From an uncultured virus (IMG/VR IMGVR_UViG_3300017978_000236) (lineage: Duplodnaviria; Heunggongvirae; Uroviricota; Caudoviricetes; Crassvirales): a stretch of 64,000 nucleotides of DNA. The position numbers and the translations under genes are program-made. Under the pieces are notes generated by a model. It saw nothing but the letters and a program-made list of their open reading frames with translations. It was not told where the DNA came from and did not search any database. Below, one piece after another: positions 26,501 through 35,187 of this stretch. The stretch lies in IMG/VR virus record IMGVR_UViG_3300017978_000236. The stretch is one strand, 5' to 3'. Within the stretch, counting starts at the first letter, position 1. Every line of letters starts with the position of its first letter.

Positions 26501-28771
26501 AATAATACTGCTAAAAAATCTATATCTAAATTTTCTGGAAAAACAGTAAAACTATTTGGTTTTGAAAAACTTGGTAGAATTTGGAATGATCAAATCGCAA
26601 GTATACCACTTGTAACAGAGTCTATATTTAAAAGTCAAGTTTTAGGGGAAGAGTTTCTAGGTACTATTGGTTTTGATAACTTACGAAAAGGAACAAATAA
26701 AGCCACTAGAGAGATTAACGCTTTCTTTAAAGAAGTATCTGACACTTATAGTAAAACAACGCCTAACGGAGAAGATTTCACATCTAAATTCAATGACCAC
26801 GAAAGAGGTATGACTGCATTTATGATTATGAGTACAGATCCTGAAGATTTCTCTAGAAATAAGAAGTTAATAGAGGGAAGTATAAATAATCTTTCTAATG
26901 GAGATTCTGATCAAGTTGAAATAGCCAAATCTCATAAAGAAGTTTATGATAAGATACTTAAAGATTCAAATTCAGTAGAAGATGTTATTGAAAAAGCAGA
27001 CGATATAAATGTTGAAGCTGTAAATAAATTTATCGATTTCAATAAATCTAAATATGCTGAGAAAGAGGATGTGTCTAAATCAATATATAATTCTTCTTTA
27101 GCTGATAAGAAAAACTATACTGCCATATCTTATAAAAAGATGACGCCTAGTGATGTAAAAATTGACGATGTAGATGCTTTTGACTCTTCAATATTAAGTT
27201 CTAAAGAAAAAATATACGATAAGAAATCTGGTACATTTATAGAGTCTACAAAGCCAACTGCTGTTAAGGATAATAGTTTTATTAGTTTAGACTTTTTATC
27301 TGATAACGAAAGAAAGATGAAGGAATCTTTAATAGACACTTATACTGCTGAAGATATTCAATTCATGAAAACGTTTTTGGATTCTGATTATATGAAGAAG
27401 ATAATTCCAAATAAACCAGATAGAGATATATTTATTGGTAGAATAAAAGAGTATGTTAAAATAAAGAGAAATAGACAGATTGATATTTCTCCAGAGGCTT
27501 CTAGAGAATTTGCTAAAATTTTAGATAAGACATCTAGATTAGCAGTAGCAAGATCTCTTGGTGGTGTTGGACAAGCCGTAAATCAAACTATACCAGTAGC
27601 AGCGAGTACTATTATAAATTCACAAAGATTAGATATAATAGATGCCATAGATTCTGATTGGAATAATTTGATTAATAACTCAGGATATGATATAGCTAAT
27701 AGAGGTTTAGAGTCTGCTTCTGATTACGCTGCTTTTACTAAAATATTAGACCAAGCAAGTGATAAAACATTAGACAAGGCTATTGATATAATATCAAAAG
27801 GTCAAGAATTCTGGTTAAAAAGATTCTTAGGTAAGCCAGATGTTTTTATTGCTAGAGCATCTTGGATTTCATTCTATAAGAAAGGATTAGCGCAACAAGG
27901 AAAGTCTACTAACATAGATCCTAAAACACATGAGATAAATGATGAGGCTGCTAGATATGCTCAAGCACAGGTAGACAGACAACAAAACCCGTCTGATACT
28001 TCACTTGAAGGTAAGTTATTATCAAGCAAGAATTCTACTACTAAGATAGCTAGAACTATTTTACTTCCATTTGCTAAGTTTGCACTTAACCAAAAATCTA
28101 GGATGTATAATGATGCTAGGATATTAACAAGTAATTCTTCATCAACTAGCGAGAAGAGAAAAGCAACGTTATCTATAATAGGACTTGGAGTTGAGATGTA
28201 TACATTCCAAATAGTATCTGGATATGTAAAAGACTTAGTCGAAATGGGTGTTGATAACGCTATGGGATATGAGGAAGATGAGAAAGAAAAGAAAGAGAAA
28301 GAAAAAAGAAATGCAGAATCTGCTTGGCTTAACTTTACTTCAAATGTAATTTCTCCAGTACCAGTATCCGATTTTATTTTTCAAGAGTTAGTTGGAATAG
28401 GTGTTGACATTGGTCAAGACTATTTTGAAGTACCTGAAGAAGACAGGATTGATGTTAAATCTTATTCTGATGGAGGATTGAAGAAGTTTGGTACACTTGG
28501 AATAAGTGCTCAAGGTGTTACTAAGGAGATACCAGAATATGAATCTTTAATAAAAGAAGGTAAATTTAAAACAAGGAGAGGTGTTGAGAAGCAAATCTCT
28601 AAAGAAGATTTAGAGACATTAAGATCTTTAAGAATTCCGTTTTACTTAAATCAAGGTGGTATATTACCTAGAGAGGTTTCTTACTCTATAAAGAGAGCTA
28701 TGAAGGTGGCTAAACAAAGAGCCGAAAAAGAAGAATATAAAGAATCTAAACCTAGAGGAATTAGATTTTAA
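23534..28771 (+). CDS. Large internal virion / ejection protein
   Basis: 1745 aa, helical, with Gly/Ala membrane-like segments; N-terminal KIKAKYPQYKDIDD motif. Confidence 0.6.
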   Translation: MEEEVLNPVTPQEFSSKIKAKYPQYKDIDDVSLAKKMVEKYPEYSGQVDFGLKKKEEPKSTYRKNLLELASKPKKQGTLLGTEPQKKTSESESLNGTTKSRFGKVAPSKPAPVGMKKLNGKLSNNDLSKMKATNKPEANVIQQPSENKRDGFLDYLSDTAEVGILSTEKFLADTPEMMYDLYSKASILPSGQIEGAIAEATGVTPFKRMQKQLGFENIPSNILKEKIDGLNQRIQVKSQDYGGDPLSAIEQGRYSDAAKLIAGSTLQSAPMMAIAIGTGGGAAGLASIGVMTASGKYQENLQNKELSQNQRLSNAAASGVLESTLGHFFSGASGAVAKRILKDKGVEAGSKILSNSFRRFAEKNIMKSPVIGFFGEVLEETAVDGGEQANDIIAGIRKEFDGRSAINSGLSSLGLGSTNTVSVYGAKAYISSKKYVQIKKTNKAIARLQNEINNEGISEESKKIFQIKSEELIANNKRALGEEIEKLKTLSPEDKALLKKTNSVIDEVSTSMDNIKEDKTLSPEAKRIATAEIYKDYVEAAKVKRGILSKLKDVKVEGDFTDFTGVPLDFDIETSGVGSLPINKQSELNKKALEELNAELNPTGMEQVDITKDMVSERASKLYDKEIESAQNIQEEVVIPEEEVKQPDTVEEQDTTVTEEKPVEETKEKEPTELKEVKDQAIDIFKAGLDAIKITKATSKAKLKSVTSIIDSLTKGEDGKSKAGKITTKQANSLIKRIGILNLDNPKTTDKLIDYASKIIDNAEHKDKLDNLDAVMSGIKSKLKSKDIDPDLKDLAKKLVSIKPRDVEDLDAYFDIASNVNDNIKGSTAVGSKLKIADAIDKSKLSEYVNTEIAKANESRAKQIEDSFYEMTGLDPEEFSYEDIQDIMYNPNSDKESKYDEADLKERINKASDSIKGIVSSIVENGVDPFTGETVEIPADKKKDIKKLLDINVNELSKKDALLYTDILNDIVVNGDSNKIKLFNIKVEANNTAKKSISKFSGKTVKLFGFEKLGRIWNDQIASIPLVTESIFKSQVLGEEFLGTIGFDNLRKGTNKATREINAFFKEVSDTYSKTTPNGEDFTSKFNDHERGMTAFMIMSTDPEDFSRNKKLIEGSINNLSNGDSDQVEIAKSHKEVYDKILKDSNSVEDVIEKADDINVEAVNKFIDFNKSKYAEKEDVSKSIYNSSLADKKNYTAISYKKMTPSDVKIDDVDAFDSSILSSKEKIYDKKSGTFIESTKPTAVKDNSFISLDFLSDNERKMKESLIDTYTAEDIQFMKTFLDSDYMKKIIPNKPDRDIFIGRIKEYVKIKRNRQIDISPEASREFAKILDKTSRLAVARSLGGVGQAVNQTIPVAASTIINSQRLDIIDAIDSDWNNLINNSGYDIANRGLESASDYAAFTKILDQASDKTLDKAIDIISKGQEFWLKRFLGKPDVFIARASWISFYKKGLAQQGKSTNIDPKTHEINDEAARYAQAQVDRQQNPSDTSLEGKLLSSKNSTTKIARTILLPFAKFALNQKSRMYNDARILTSNSSSTSEKRKATLSIIGLGVEMYTFQIVSGYVKDLVEMGVDNAMGYEEDEKEKKEKEKRNAESAWLNFTSNVISPVPVSDFIFQELVGIGVDIGQDYFEVPEEDRIDVKSYSDGGLKKFGTLGISAQGVTKEIPEYESLIKEGKFKTRRGVEKQISKEDLETLRSLRIPFYLNQGGILPREVSYSIKRAMKVAKQRAEKEEYKESKPRGIRF

Positions 28772-28776
28772 AAGAT

Positions 28777-28800
28777 AAAGCCTCTAATTAAAGAGGCTTT
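28777..28800. terminator. Bidirectional terminator between the convergent late and early arms
   Basis: AAAGCCTCT-AATTAA-AGAGGCTTT. Confidence 0.75.
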
Positions 28801-28882
28801 GTTTTAAATGAAATTAAGCATGAATATTGAGACGAAAACTATTATTGTTAAGGCAGTAAAAAGTATCGTCTCTATTTTTTTT

Positions 28883-29335
28883 CTAAGCATTTAGTAGTTT
28901 TTTTACCTGTTCAAGTACAAATTCGCATTGACCTTGATTTCTAGGTGTGAATAATACGTAGTTTAATTTGTTGTCTGCTATCCATTTCTTGAATAACTTA
29001 AACCTCATTGAGAATACATCTGTAGCAAGACCTTTACATTCTATTATTATACGTTGATCTCCATTCTCTACAATAAAGTCTGGAGTATATATAATACCAA
29101 GGTGCTTTTTATTACCTTTATTTACAAGGTTGTTCTTGCTATTAATAGTTTTCTCATAAGATGAGTTAGGGAAGAAGAAAGAGTCGATGATTGTGAACTT
29201 CTCTTCCTCATACTTACACTTAACTCCATTGTCATCTAGAAGCTTAAACATGTAAACCTCTAGACGACTTTGAAAGTTTTTACCTTTGTACTCAGTCTTT
29301 TTAGCCCTGATTAAAGGCGTTCCTTTTTTACGCAT
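28883..29335 (-). CDS. PD-(D/E)XK endonuclease (T7 endonuclease I / DUF1064-like resolvase)
   Basis: FQSRLE, YTPDF and IIECKG motifs. Confidence 0.75.
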   Translation of the reverse strand: MRKKGTPLIRAKKTEYKGKNFQSRLEVYMFKLLDDNGVKCKYEEEKFTIIDSFFFPNSSYEKTINSKNNLVNKGNKKHLGIIYTPDFIVENGDQRIIIECKGLATDVFSMRFKLFKKWIADNKLNYVLFTPRNQGQCEFVLEQVKKLLNA

Positions 29336-29787
29336 TACAATGTGCTTTTTAATTTTTCTAAGTACAACACGAAGTCCATAGCCTCTTGCTTAGCGTGTTC
29401 AATCCATTCTAATGTAGATAATTTGTTACCATCTAATGTAGTACCGTATTTTTTAATACCAACATCGGATCTATCTCTTAATTGGTTTACCACTGATTCA
29501 ACAATAGGGTCTGGTTTTACCACTTGTGGTTCTTTTACCCTTATTCCATCAACACCGAATATAACTGAAGCATCTCTCTCTATCATATCGTAAAAGTTTT
29601 CTAAAGTAAGAGCGTCTCCGTGAGCGTTACATACATCTGACCAGTAATCCATACCTTCCTTTGTTTTTGAAAAGTCAAATGCAGCAGCTACTACTGTACT
29701 ATCATCCGCTAAACCTCTTTGCTCTATCATTCTTTTAAGAGCTTTCTTTTTTAAATCTTTCGGTAATTCTTTAATTTTTACAAACAT
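29335..29787 (-). CDS. Hypothetical protein with a C-terminal all-alpha NTP-pyrophosphatase-like domain
   Basis: GIKKYGTTL...WIEHAKQEAMDFVLYLEK. Confidence 0.5.
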   Translation of the reverse strand: MFVKIKELPKDLKKKALKRMIEQRGLADDSTVVAAAFDFSKTKEGMDYWSDVCNAHGDALTLENFYDMIERDASVIFGVDGIRVKEPQVVKPDPIVESVVNQLRDRSDVGIKKYGTTLDGNKLSTLEWIEHAKQEAMDFVLYLEKLKSTL

Positions 29788-29814
29788 TTTTAATTTAATT
29801 TAGATTAATAATAG

Positions 29815-29956
29815 TGACCGAGACAGGATTCGAACCTGTACGATAGTTATAAGGAATTGTGCGAACTGTTACCCCAAGCACTTAACGGGTTTAAACTACC
29901 TTACCTCTTTAGCGTCTACCACGCCAGGGACATCCCTAGCCTTCCGCCACTCGGTC
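29815..29956 (-). ncRNA. tRNA-like RNA (Leu-type scaffold) with insertions and no canonical anticodon arm
   Basis: Acceptor GACCGAG/CTCGGTC+A; D arm TGGCGGAA...TGGTAGACGC; T arm ACAGG-TTCGAAT-CCTGT; 142 nt long. Confidence 0.65.
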
Positions 29957-30251
29957 ATTTTAGCACCCTCTTTCTTATCCCGCTTATGGATTTTACACCA
30001 TAAGAATTGCGGTAAGAGTAGGGTCACGTAGTCAATAAGCTACCTCTACATTAAATATCACTATTTAATAGTCACTGTTCTGACTTATTAACTACTTGCT
30101 GAGAACTCATTTGTGTTGTGGAGGTATTAAAGTCGTAAAACATACTGAGCTTTCTCAAGGCTCCAACACATCTACCATTACCGATAGTATCTTCGATAGT
30201 TTCTCAAGGTACAAGTTATGCACACTATCAGGTATTCAATGTTTAACCTTG

Positions 30252-30325
30252 TGGACCAAGTAGGACTCGAACCTACGACCTTGACATTATGAGTGTCCTG
30301 CTCTAACCAACTGAGCTATAAGTCC
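30252..30325 (-). tRNA. tRNA with CAT anticodon, probably Ile2 (lysidine type); elongator Met not excluded
   Basis: GGACTTATAGCTCAGTTGGTTAGAGC...CTCATAA...GTAGGTTCGAGTCCTAC TTGGTCCA. Confidence 0.85.
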
Positions 30326-30455
30326 ATTACTAGTCTTTCCTAGTAGTCATTTAGGCAGCACCGTCCTAAAACGCACTTTAGACGAAAAGGTCTAGGTTTT
30401 TGAATTCGCAGAGTTGTGTTTTACCTTTAAAAAAACTCCGTAGTGCTTATCATTA

Positions 30456-30463
30456 CAAATGTA
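30456..30463 (-). promoter_or_regulatory. Bacteroidota -7 element driving the minus-strand RNA cluster
   Basis: TACATTTG on the minus strand. Confidence 0.6.
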
Positions 30464-30468
30464 AAATA

Positions 30469-30804
30469 TTATATTAATTTATCAAAGATTAATATCTTTT
30501 TTTCTCTAACTTCCTCAATATTTTCTATGAACTTATGTATGAAGTCAGATAGTAATATAGAGTCAGCCTCACTAAGAGAAGCTATATCTTCAATCATTTG
30601 GTTTTTAAAGTTAAGAGAGTTAGTTAACATCTCAGGATCTTCTTTATAAACCCTATGGTAGTTTTGCATTATATCGCTCTCTAATGCATCTTTAAACATG
30701 TTAGCAGTATTCTTTGCTCTACCTTTTAATTTGTACTCATCCATAAGCTCTAAAGCCAATTGAAGAGTAACTAACAACTCAATTCCATTCTTTACATTAC
30801 TCAT
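30469..30804 (-). CDS. Hypothetical protein
   Basis: 111-aa ORF in the minus-strand operon. Confidence 0.7.
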   Translation of the reverse strand: MSNVKNGIELLVTLQLALELMDEYKLKGRAKNTANMFKDALESDIMQNYHRVYKEDPEMLTNSLNFKNQMIEDIASLSEADSILLSDFIHKFIENIEEVREKKILIFDKLI

Positions 30805-31171
30805 AATACTTCTCTCTAATTATTTCTAAATTAAAATCATCATCAATTGAACATAACATACCGTCACTAAAATACAAGTTATCATTGTTCTTAAATTTTT
30901 CAATTACCTCATTATACGAATGCTGTACACTAGTAGTAAAATGAAAAGACTTCTTATCTTGTTTTTGAATATCAATCATCATATCTAGATAAAGATCTGT
31001 ATCAATACCTATTACTAAGTCTGTAGAATTTTTGTTGTCAGCATACTTAAAAATCTCAGCTCTTAACACTGTTATGTTTTCTAGCTGTGTTACAGGTTTG
31101 ATAGACAAATCTGCATTGATAATGAGATTTTCTATCTTATCATTTTTCTGTGTGTCTTTTTTTCTAATCAT
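30797..31171 (-). CDS. Hypothetical protein
   Basis: ORF overlapping its neighbours by a few bases. Confidence 0.7.
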   Translation of the reverse strand: MIRKKDTQKNDKIENLIINADLSIKPVTQLENITVLRAEIFKYADNKNSTDLVIGIDTDLYLDMMIDIQKQDKKSFHFTTSVQHSYNEVIEKFKNNDNLYFSDGMLCSIDDDFNLEIIREKYYE

Positions 31172-31445
31172 CGTAATTTACTTTATTTACTATCTCATTA
31201 ATTAAATCTACATACTCTCTATCGGTAAGAACCATGTACCTACCATCTTTATTAAACACCTGCATTTTATAAACAGAAATGTTTATTTTTTTGTCTTCTA
31301 TACAAGCGTATAAGGTAAAGTCAACAACGAAATCATCGTCTAAACTTACATTGTAGTATTCCTTTCTGAATCCTTTCTCGCTTAACTTTACCTTTATACT
31401 TTCTTGTAACTTCATTTTATTTGTCTTTAACAAATTGACCATCAA
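31164..31445 (-). CDS. Hypothetical protein
   Basis: ORF in the operon; the true start is probably the internal ATG near 31415. Confidence 0.65.
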   Translation of the reverse strand: MMVNLLKTNKMKLQESIKVKLSEKGFRKEYYNVSLDDDFVVDFTLYACIEDKKINISVYKMQVFNKDGRYMVLTDREYVDLINEIVNKVNYDD

Positions 31446-32007
31446 CCATCTTACCAGTTCTCTTAGATATTACATTGTATGCTGAGTTTAGACAGTCTGT
31501 CAAATGTACTCCTTGCATCTTAGCCTGAATGATTATAGTAACTAATATATCTCCAAGAGCATCTATTATTTCATTAATATCATCCTTATCTATTGCATCT
31601 ATAAGCTCATTACATTCTTCAAGAGTCTTTAAAGCCTGACCAGTAGGATTGCCTTTATCCATAATGCCTTTATCTTCAGCCCAGTTCAGAACCATAAACT
31701 CTAACTGATCATAGTTATATACACTACTTATTTCAAAGTAAGGAGCTACCATATTGTAGTCTCTTCTTAAATCTGAGTTGTACTTTAATGAGTCTTCAAA
31801 GTTCTTGACTAGATAAACAGCACCACTGTGGTCTTTCCTTCCTACATAGTCAACTAAATCTTGATATCTTACATTTGGTACTAACTTCTTACAGAAGTAA
31901 TAGAATAAAGATTTTGCTCTAACATTGTGCATCTCTCTATTCTGGTTTTTTAATTCTAAACCTAACTTATCTTCTATAATACTAGCTATACTTTCTAACG
32001 TGTGCAT
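31417..32007 (-). CDS. DnaA domain IV-like HTH fused to a MazG-like NTP pyrophosphohydrolase
   Basis: N-terminal VRAKSLFYY...VGRKDHSGAVY; C-terminal WAEDKGI...QALKTLEECNEL...DALGDILVT...AYNVISKRTGKMVDGQFVKD. Confidence 0.7.
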   Translation of the reverse strand: MHTLESIASIIEDKLGLELKNQNREMHNVRAKSLFYYFCKKLVPNVRYQDLVDYVGRKDHSGAVYLVKNFEDSLKYNSDLRRDYNMVAPYFEISSVYNYDQLEFMVLNWAEDKGIMDKGNPTGQALKTLEECNELIDAIDKDDINEIIDALGDILVTIIIQAKMQGVHLTDCLNSAYNVISKRTGKMVDGQFVKDK

Positions 32008-32158
32008 ACTTCTCTCCTTTTAAAATTGCTATTTGTAATTGTAACTCTCTCTTATCATCAACTAACGACTCATCGTTACTACCCATTTTTAATAGGTATT
32101 TTAATTTAGCATCTATAATGGCTAATTCCTCCTGTAAGTTTTTAATAGCGTCTATCAT
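31982..32158 (-). CDS. Small hypothetical protein (58 aa), not in the ORF track
   Basis: MIDAIKNLQEELAIIDAKLKYLL...; fills the gap and is coupled to the upstream stop. Confidence 0.55.
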   Translation of the reverse strand: MIDAIKNLQEELAIIDAKLKYLLKMGSNDESLVDDKRELQLQIAILKGEKYAHVRKYS

Positions 32159-33765
32159 TACTTAAGTGTTGTAAATTTATTATTAATTATGTGTACGTGA
32201 TGTCCCTTACCATTGGGGTATATAACGAAGTTTGAGTTCATCCAAGAACTGGGTCCTTTATTATATCCAACTCTTAAGTAAGTAAGAGTACCAACAGAAC
32301 AATGACCATCTTCTCTACACGGTGTATGTGTATGACCAGTTACATTTTTAGTATTGAGGTTTTTGAATTGAATAACTCCACCTCTACTACCATTAGTACC
32401 TAGATGACCATGCATTCCACACTCCCAATCTTTTATTCTGTAACTTTCATCAATTCCTAAGCATCTAACATTGTCTACTTCTGATTCTTTTAAGAACATT
32501 GGTATCACTCCTTTGTGATTTTCGTCATTCATTAATAGATTAGACAAGTGTAAATACTCTCTTTTGTTTAAAGATTTTCTCCAATCAACATCGTTAAGCC
32601 ATCTATCTAAAAACTCATCATGATTACTTCTAACCATTATAAATTTGTAGTCTTTGTACAAATCAAAGAAGTATTTCATATCATACAATTCTAACCCTAA
32701 AGAATTACTACCATCATCTTCTCTCTTAAGAAGTTGAAACGGTTGGTTTCTTTCGTGATGTGAAATAGAATGACCATTAAAAACGTCATGAAGAATAATA
32801 TCATTGCACTTTAAATAGTCAGCCATTTCAAATGATGATTCAAGAATATCATTATTTGTCTCTCCTAAGTGTAAGTCTCCGAATATAATTGATTCGACAC
32901 CACTATGAAGCATTACCTCACCGCCTGACACAAAGTATTTTAAGTCATAGAATGATCCGTCTTCATCACATTGAACTTGTCTTATGTGAAATGAATCTCC
33001 GTCAATCTCCACAATAACAAACCCTAGAGTGTGGTGAAACTCACCTTTCTTACCAGACTTAGTATCAGTATAGTTCTCAACAGAAACACTACCTGTGGAT
33101 AGCAATAACTTATGAGGATAACCGTCTAATATAGGTAATGATTTTAGGTGAACCCTTGGATGACCAACTATACAACTTTCAATACCAGTCATACCATTTA
33201 ATCCAGATAATGGTGTTGATGCAGTAGGCTGTATCTTAACATCCGATAGAAGACAAAGGTTGTCGTGTATTTTATGTCTGTTAGCGTCTAAGTATTGTAT
33301 AACTCTAGGATGCCATGTGTTACTAAGATTCTTTTCTTTTGCTTGAGTATTTTTATTAGATTGAATTGACGTTGGATTTTTATACCTACCCGCAATAATA
33401 TGTATTGAAGCATCTATGTGTTTAGCATACTCCTCAATATTAGTCAAGAAATCTTGATGGATTTCAGTTTCTGATTGACACCAAGAGAAGATATACTTCT
33501 TCTTACTTTTGTCAATAACCTTTGTCTTAGCTTCTTTGAATACATCAGTCTCTTCTATGTTGTCTGACGTGCTGTTTGTAATGCCTTTTTTACTTAAAAA
33601 TCTAGACATTGTCCTTCTTCTTGTGTCATTAAACTCAACATCTAAATCATTACATGCGTTTTTAACCGCTTCTGTTATAGATATTTCGTTATTGCTATAC
33701 AAGAACTCTACTCTGTCCTTTAGTTTTAAAAATAATTCTCTCTCTTTTTTTTCTTTTTTACTCAT
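32158..33765 (-). CDS. Calcineurin-like metallophosphoesterase-domain protein
   Basis: FGDLHLG, LHDVFNG, SNHDEF, HGH and GHTH motifs. Confidence 0.75.
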   Translation of the reverse strand: MSKKEKKERELFLKLKDRVEFLYSNNEISITEAVKNACNDLDVEFNDTRRRTMSRFLSKKGITNSTSDNIEETDVFKEAKTKVIDKSKKKYIFSWCQSETEIHQDFLTNIEEYAKHIDASIHIIAGRYKNPTSIQSNKNTQAKEKNLSNTWHPRVIQYLDANRHKIHDNLCLLSDVKIQPTASTPLSGLNGMTGIESCIVGHPRVHLKSLPILDGYPHKLLLSTGSVSVENYTDTKSGKKGEFHHTLGFVIVEIDGDSFHIRQVQCDEDGSFYDLKYFVSGGEVMLHSGVESIIFGDLHLGETNNDILESSFEMADYLKCNDIILHDVFNGHSISHHERNQPFQLLKREDDGSNSLGLELYDMKYFFDLYKDYKFIMVRSNHDEFLDRWLNDVDWRKSLNKREYLHLSNLLMNDENHKGVIPMFLKESEVDNVRCLGIDESYRIKDWECGMHGHLGTNGSRGGVIQFKNLNTKNVTGHTHTPCREDGHCSVGTLTYLRVGYNKGPSSWMNSNFVIYPNGKGHHVHIINNKFTTLK

Positions 33766-33925
33766 TTTCTAAGTCATTAATTATTGAATTTAAAATTGTT
33801 ATTAAATTTGTTATTGATGATTTAAAATCTTCTGTACTATCAAAGTAAGATTCATATATATCATCTGATGCGTCATTAATTTCCTTCATAGTGAAGTTAA
33901 TGTAACCTAGTTTTTTGTTATCCAT
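33758..33925 (-). CDS. Small hypothetical protein (55 aa), not in the ORF track
   Basis: MDNKKLGYINFTMKEINDASDDIYESYFD...; preceded by TAATTTTG at 33949-33956 (minus strand). Confidence 0.55.
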   Translation of the reverse strand: MDNKKLGYINFTMKEINDASDDIYESYFDSTEDFKSSITNLITILNSIINDLENE

Positions 33926-33987
33926 TGTTATATATTATTTAATGGATTCAAAATTATAAAATAAAGTTATAAAATCACTATGATTTG

Positions 33988-34269
33988 TTAATTATTTTTA
34001 TCATACACTATTTTGTACATTTCAAACACCTTGTCCCAAGCGTCAAACTCTGAGAATGTTTGTCTATTATCTGGTAAATCTCTTTTGTCTGTATCTTTTC
34101 TCAAGAACACTGGTTTTTTATAATCTTCAAGACGATGCTTTTCTACCCAGTACATAGTTGGTCTGTCTGGTATTGGATGTATGCATACAGCTAATCCAGT
34201 GCTTACAGAATATCTAGCATACTCTAATTGTTTTAGAGTAGGGGAATATATCTTTTTAACTTTTGCCAT
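33988..34269 (-). CDS. Hypothetical protein
   Basis: 93-aa ORF in the operon. Confidence 0.65.
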   Translation of the reverse strand: MAKVKKIYSPTLKQLEYARYSVSTGLAVCIHPIPDRPTMYWVEKHRLEDYKKPVFLRKDTDKRDLPDNRQTFSEFDAWDKVFEMYKIVYDKNN

Positions 34270-34958
34270 AAGTTCTCACTTCTTTCTATTACATTTCCAT
34301 TACTACTTAGCTTACCAAACTTACCATCTGTCACTACAGAACCATTGCTATATAAAGTTTCTCCAACTGAAAACTTTAATACACCTGCATTAATAATGTC
34401 TTCAGTGTTATGTATGTGACCAAACAAACAAAGTCCTGGCTTAATTTCTCGAACTCTATTAAATAAAGACCTATCCCCACAGTGCTCCATTCTTCCATCT
34501 CTATTATAAGATTTATCAAGAGCTCCCTTAGGTGGTCCGTGAGTAACAACTATGTCGCAATCTTCATTCATAGCTTTCCTCCAAAATCTTTCTAACTTTA
34601 CTCTGTCTCTCATGAATGCCCAATTACCAAACCTTGGAGTGTGTGGAGATCCAAATATTTTAAGACCTAGTATTGTTGTATACTCATTCTCTAGGTATGT
34701 AATACCAGCCTTTTGAAAATCTTCTTTAGTTACAAGTTTACTCTCTATACTTGTATCGTGATTACCAGCTACATACACTTTGTTTTTAATAGGTATATCT
34801 TTATACCAATCAATAAACTTTCTAACCTCGCTCTCATTATTAAATGGATCTCTTGAGTTACTACAATCTCCTGAATGTATTACTATATCTATTCCATTTG
34901 GAATATCTAATAGACTGTGAAACCCATGCGTATCACTTATATGCCATATCTTTATCAT
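34233..34958 (-). CDS. Metallophosphoesterase (MPPED-like)
   Basis: ISDTHG, HSGD, AGNHD, THGPP and FGHIH motifs. Confidence 0.88.
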   Translation of the reverse strand: MIKIWHISDTHGFHSLLDIPNGIDIVIHSGDCSNSRDPFNNESEVRKFIDWYKDIPIKNKVYVAGNHDTSIESKLVTKEDFQKAGITYLENEYTTILGLKIFGSPHTPRFGNWAFMRDRVKLERFWRKAMNEDCDIVVTHGPPKGALDKSYNRDGRMEHCGDRSLFNRVREIKPGLCLFGHIHNTEDIINAGVLKFSVGETLYSNGSVVTDGKFGKLSSNGNVIERSENLWQKLKRYIPLL

Positions 34959-34960
34959 AA

Positions 34961-35185
34961 TTAATCTTCGTGTTTATGTTCAAATTCAACTTCATAACCT
35001 AACTTTTTTAACACAGCTTCTAATGAATTCTCTACATCCATTCCTATATAACTGTTATCGTGTACTTGTGGGTTAGGATGTTCTAATTTTTCTCCGTTTA
35101 AATACAAATAAGTACCGTAAGAAGTACAGCAACCATCACCGCAAGTATAGTCCCAATCTTCAAGTGTTATTTTTAATTTTTCCAT
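34961..35185 (-). CDS. Hypothetical protein
   Basis: YTCGDGCCTSYG motif. Confidence 0.7.
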   Translation of the reverse strand: MEKLKITLEDWDYTCGDGCCTSYGTYLYLNGEKLEHPNPQVHDNSYIGMDVENSLEAVLKKLGYEVEFEHKHED

Positions 35186-35187
35186 AG

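Noticed and set aside
4071..27339. Numerous short minus-strand ORFs inside structural genes (e.g. 4071-4349, 12229-12516, 24511-25395)
   Set aside because: They are antisense shadows of long, motif-bearing plus-strand genes.
29815..29956. Group I intron-containing tRNA-Leu
   Set aside because: The extra sequence (about 70 nt) is far too short for a group I intron, and no clean anticodon arm is restored by removing a single segment that I could identify.
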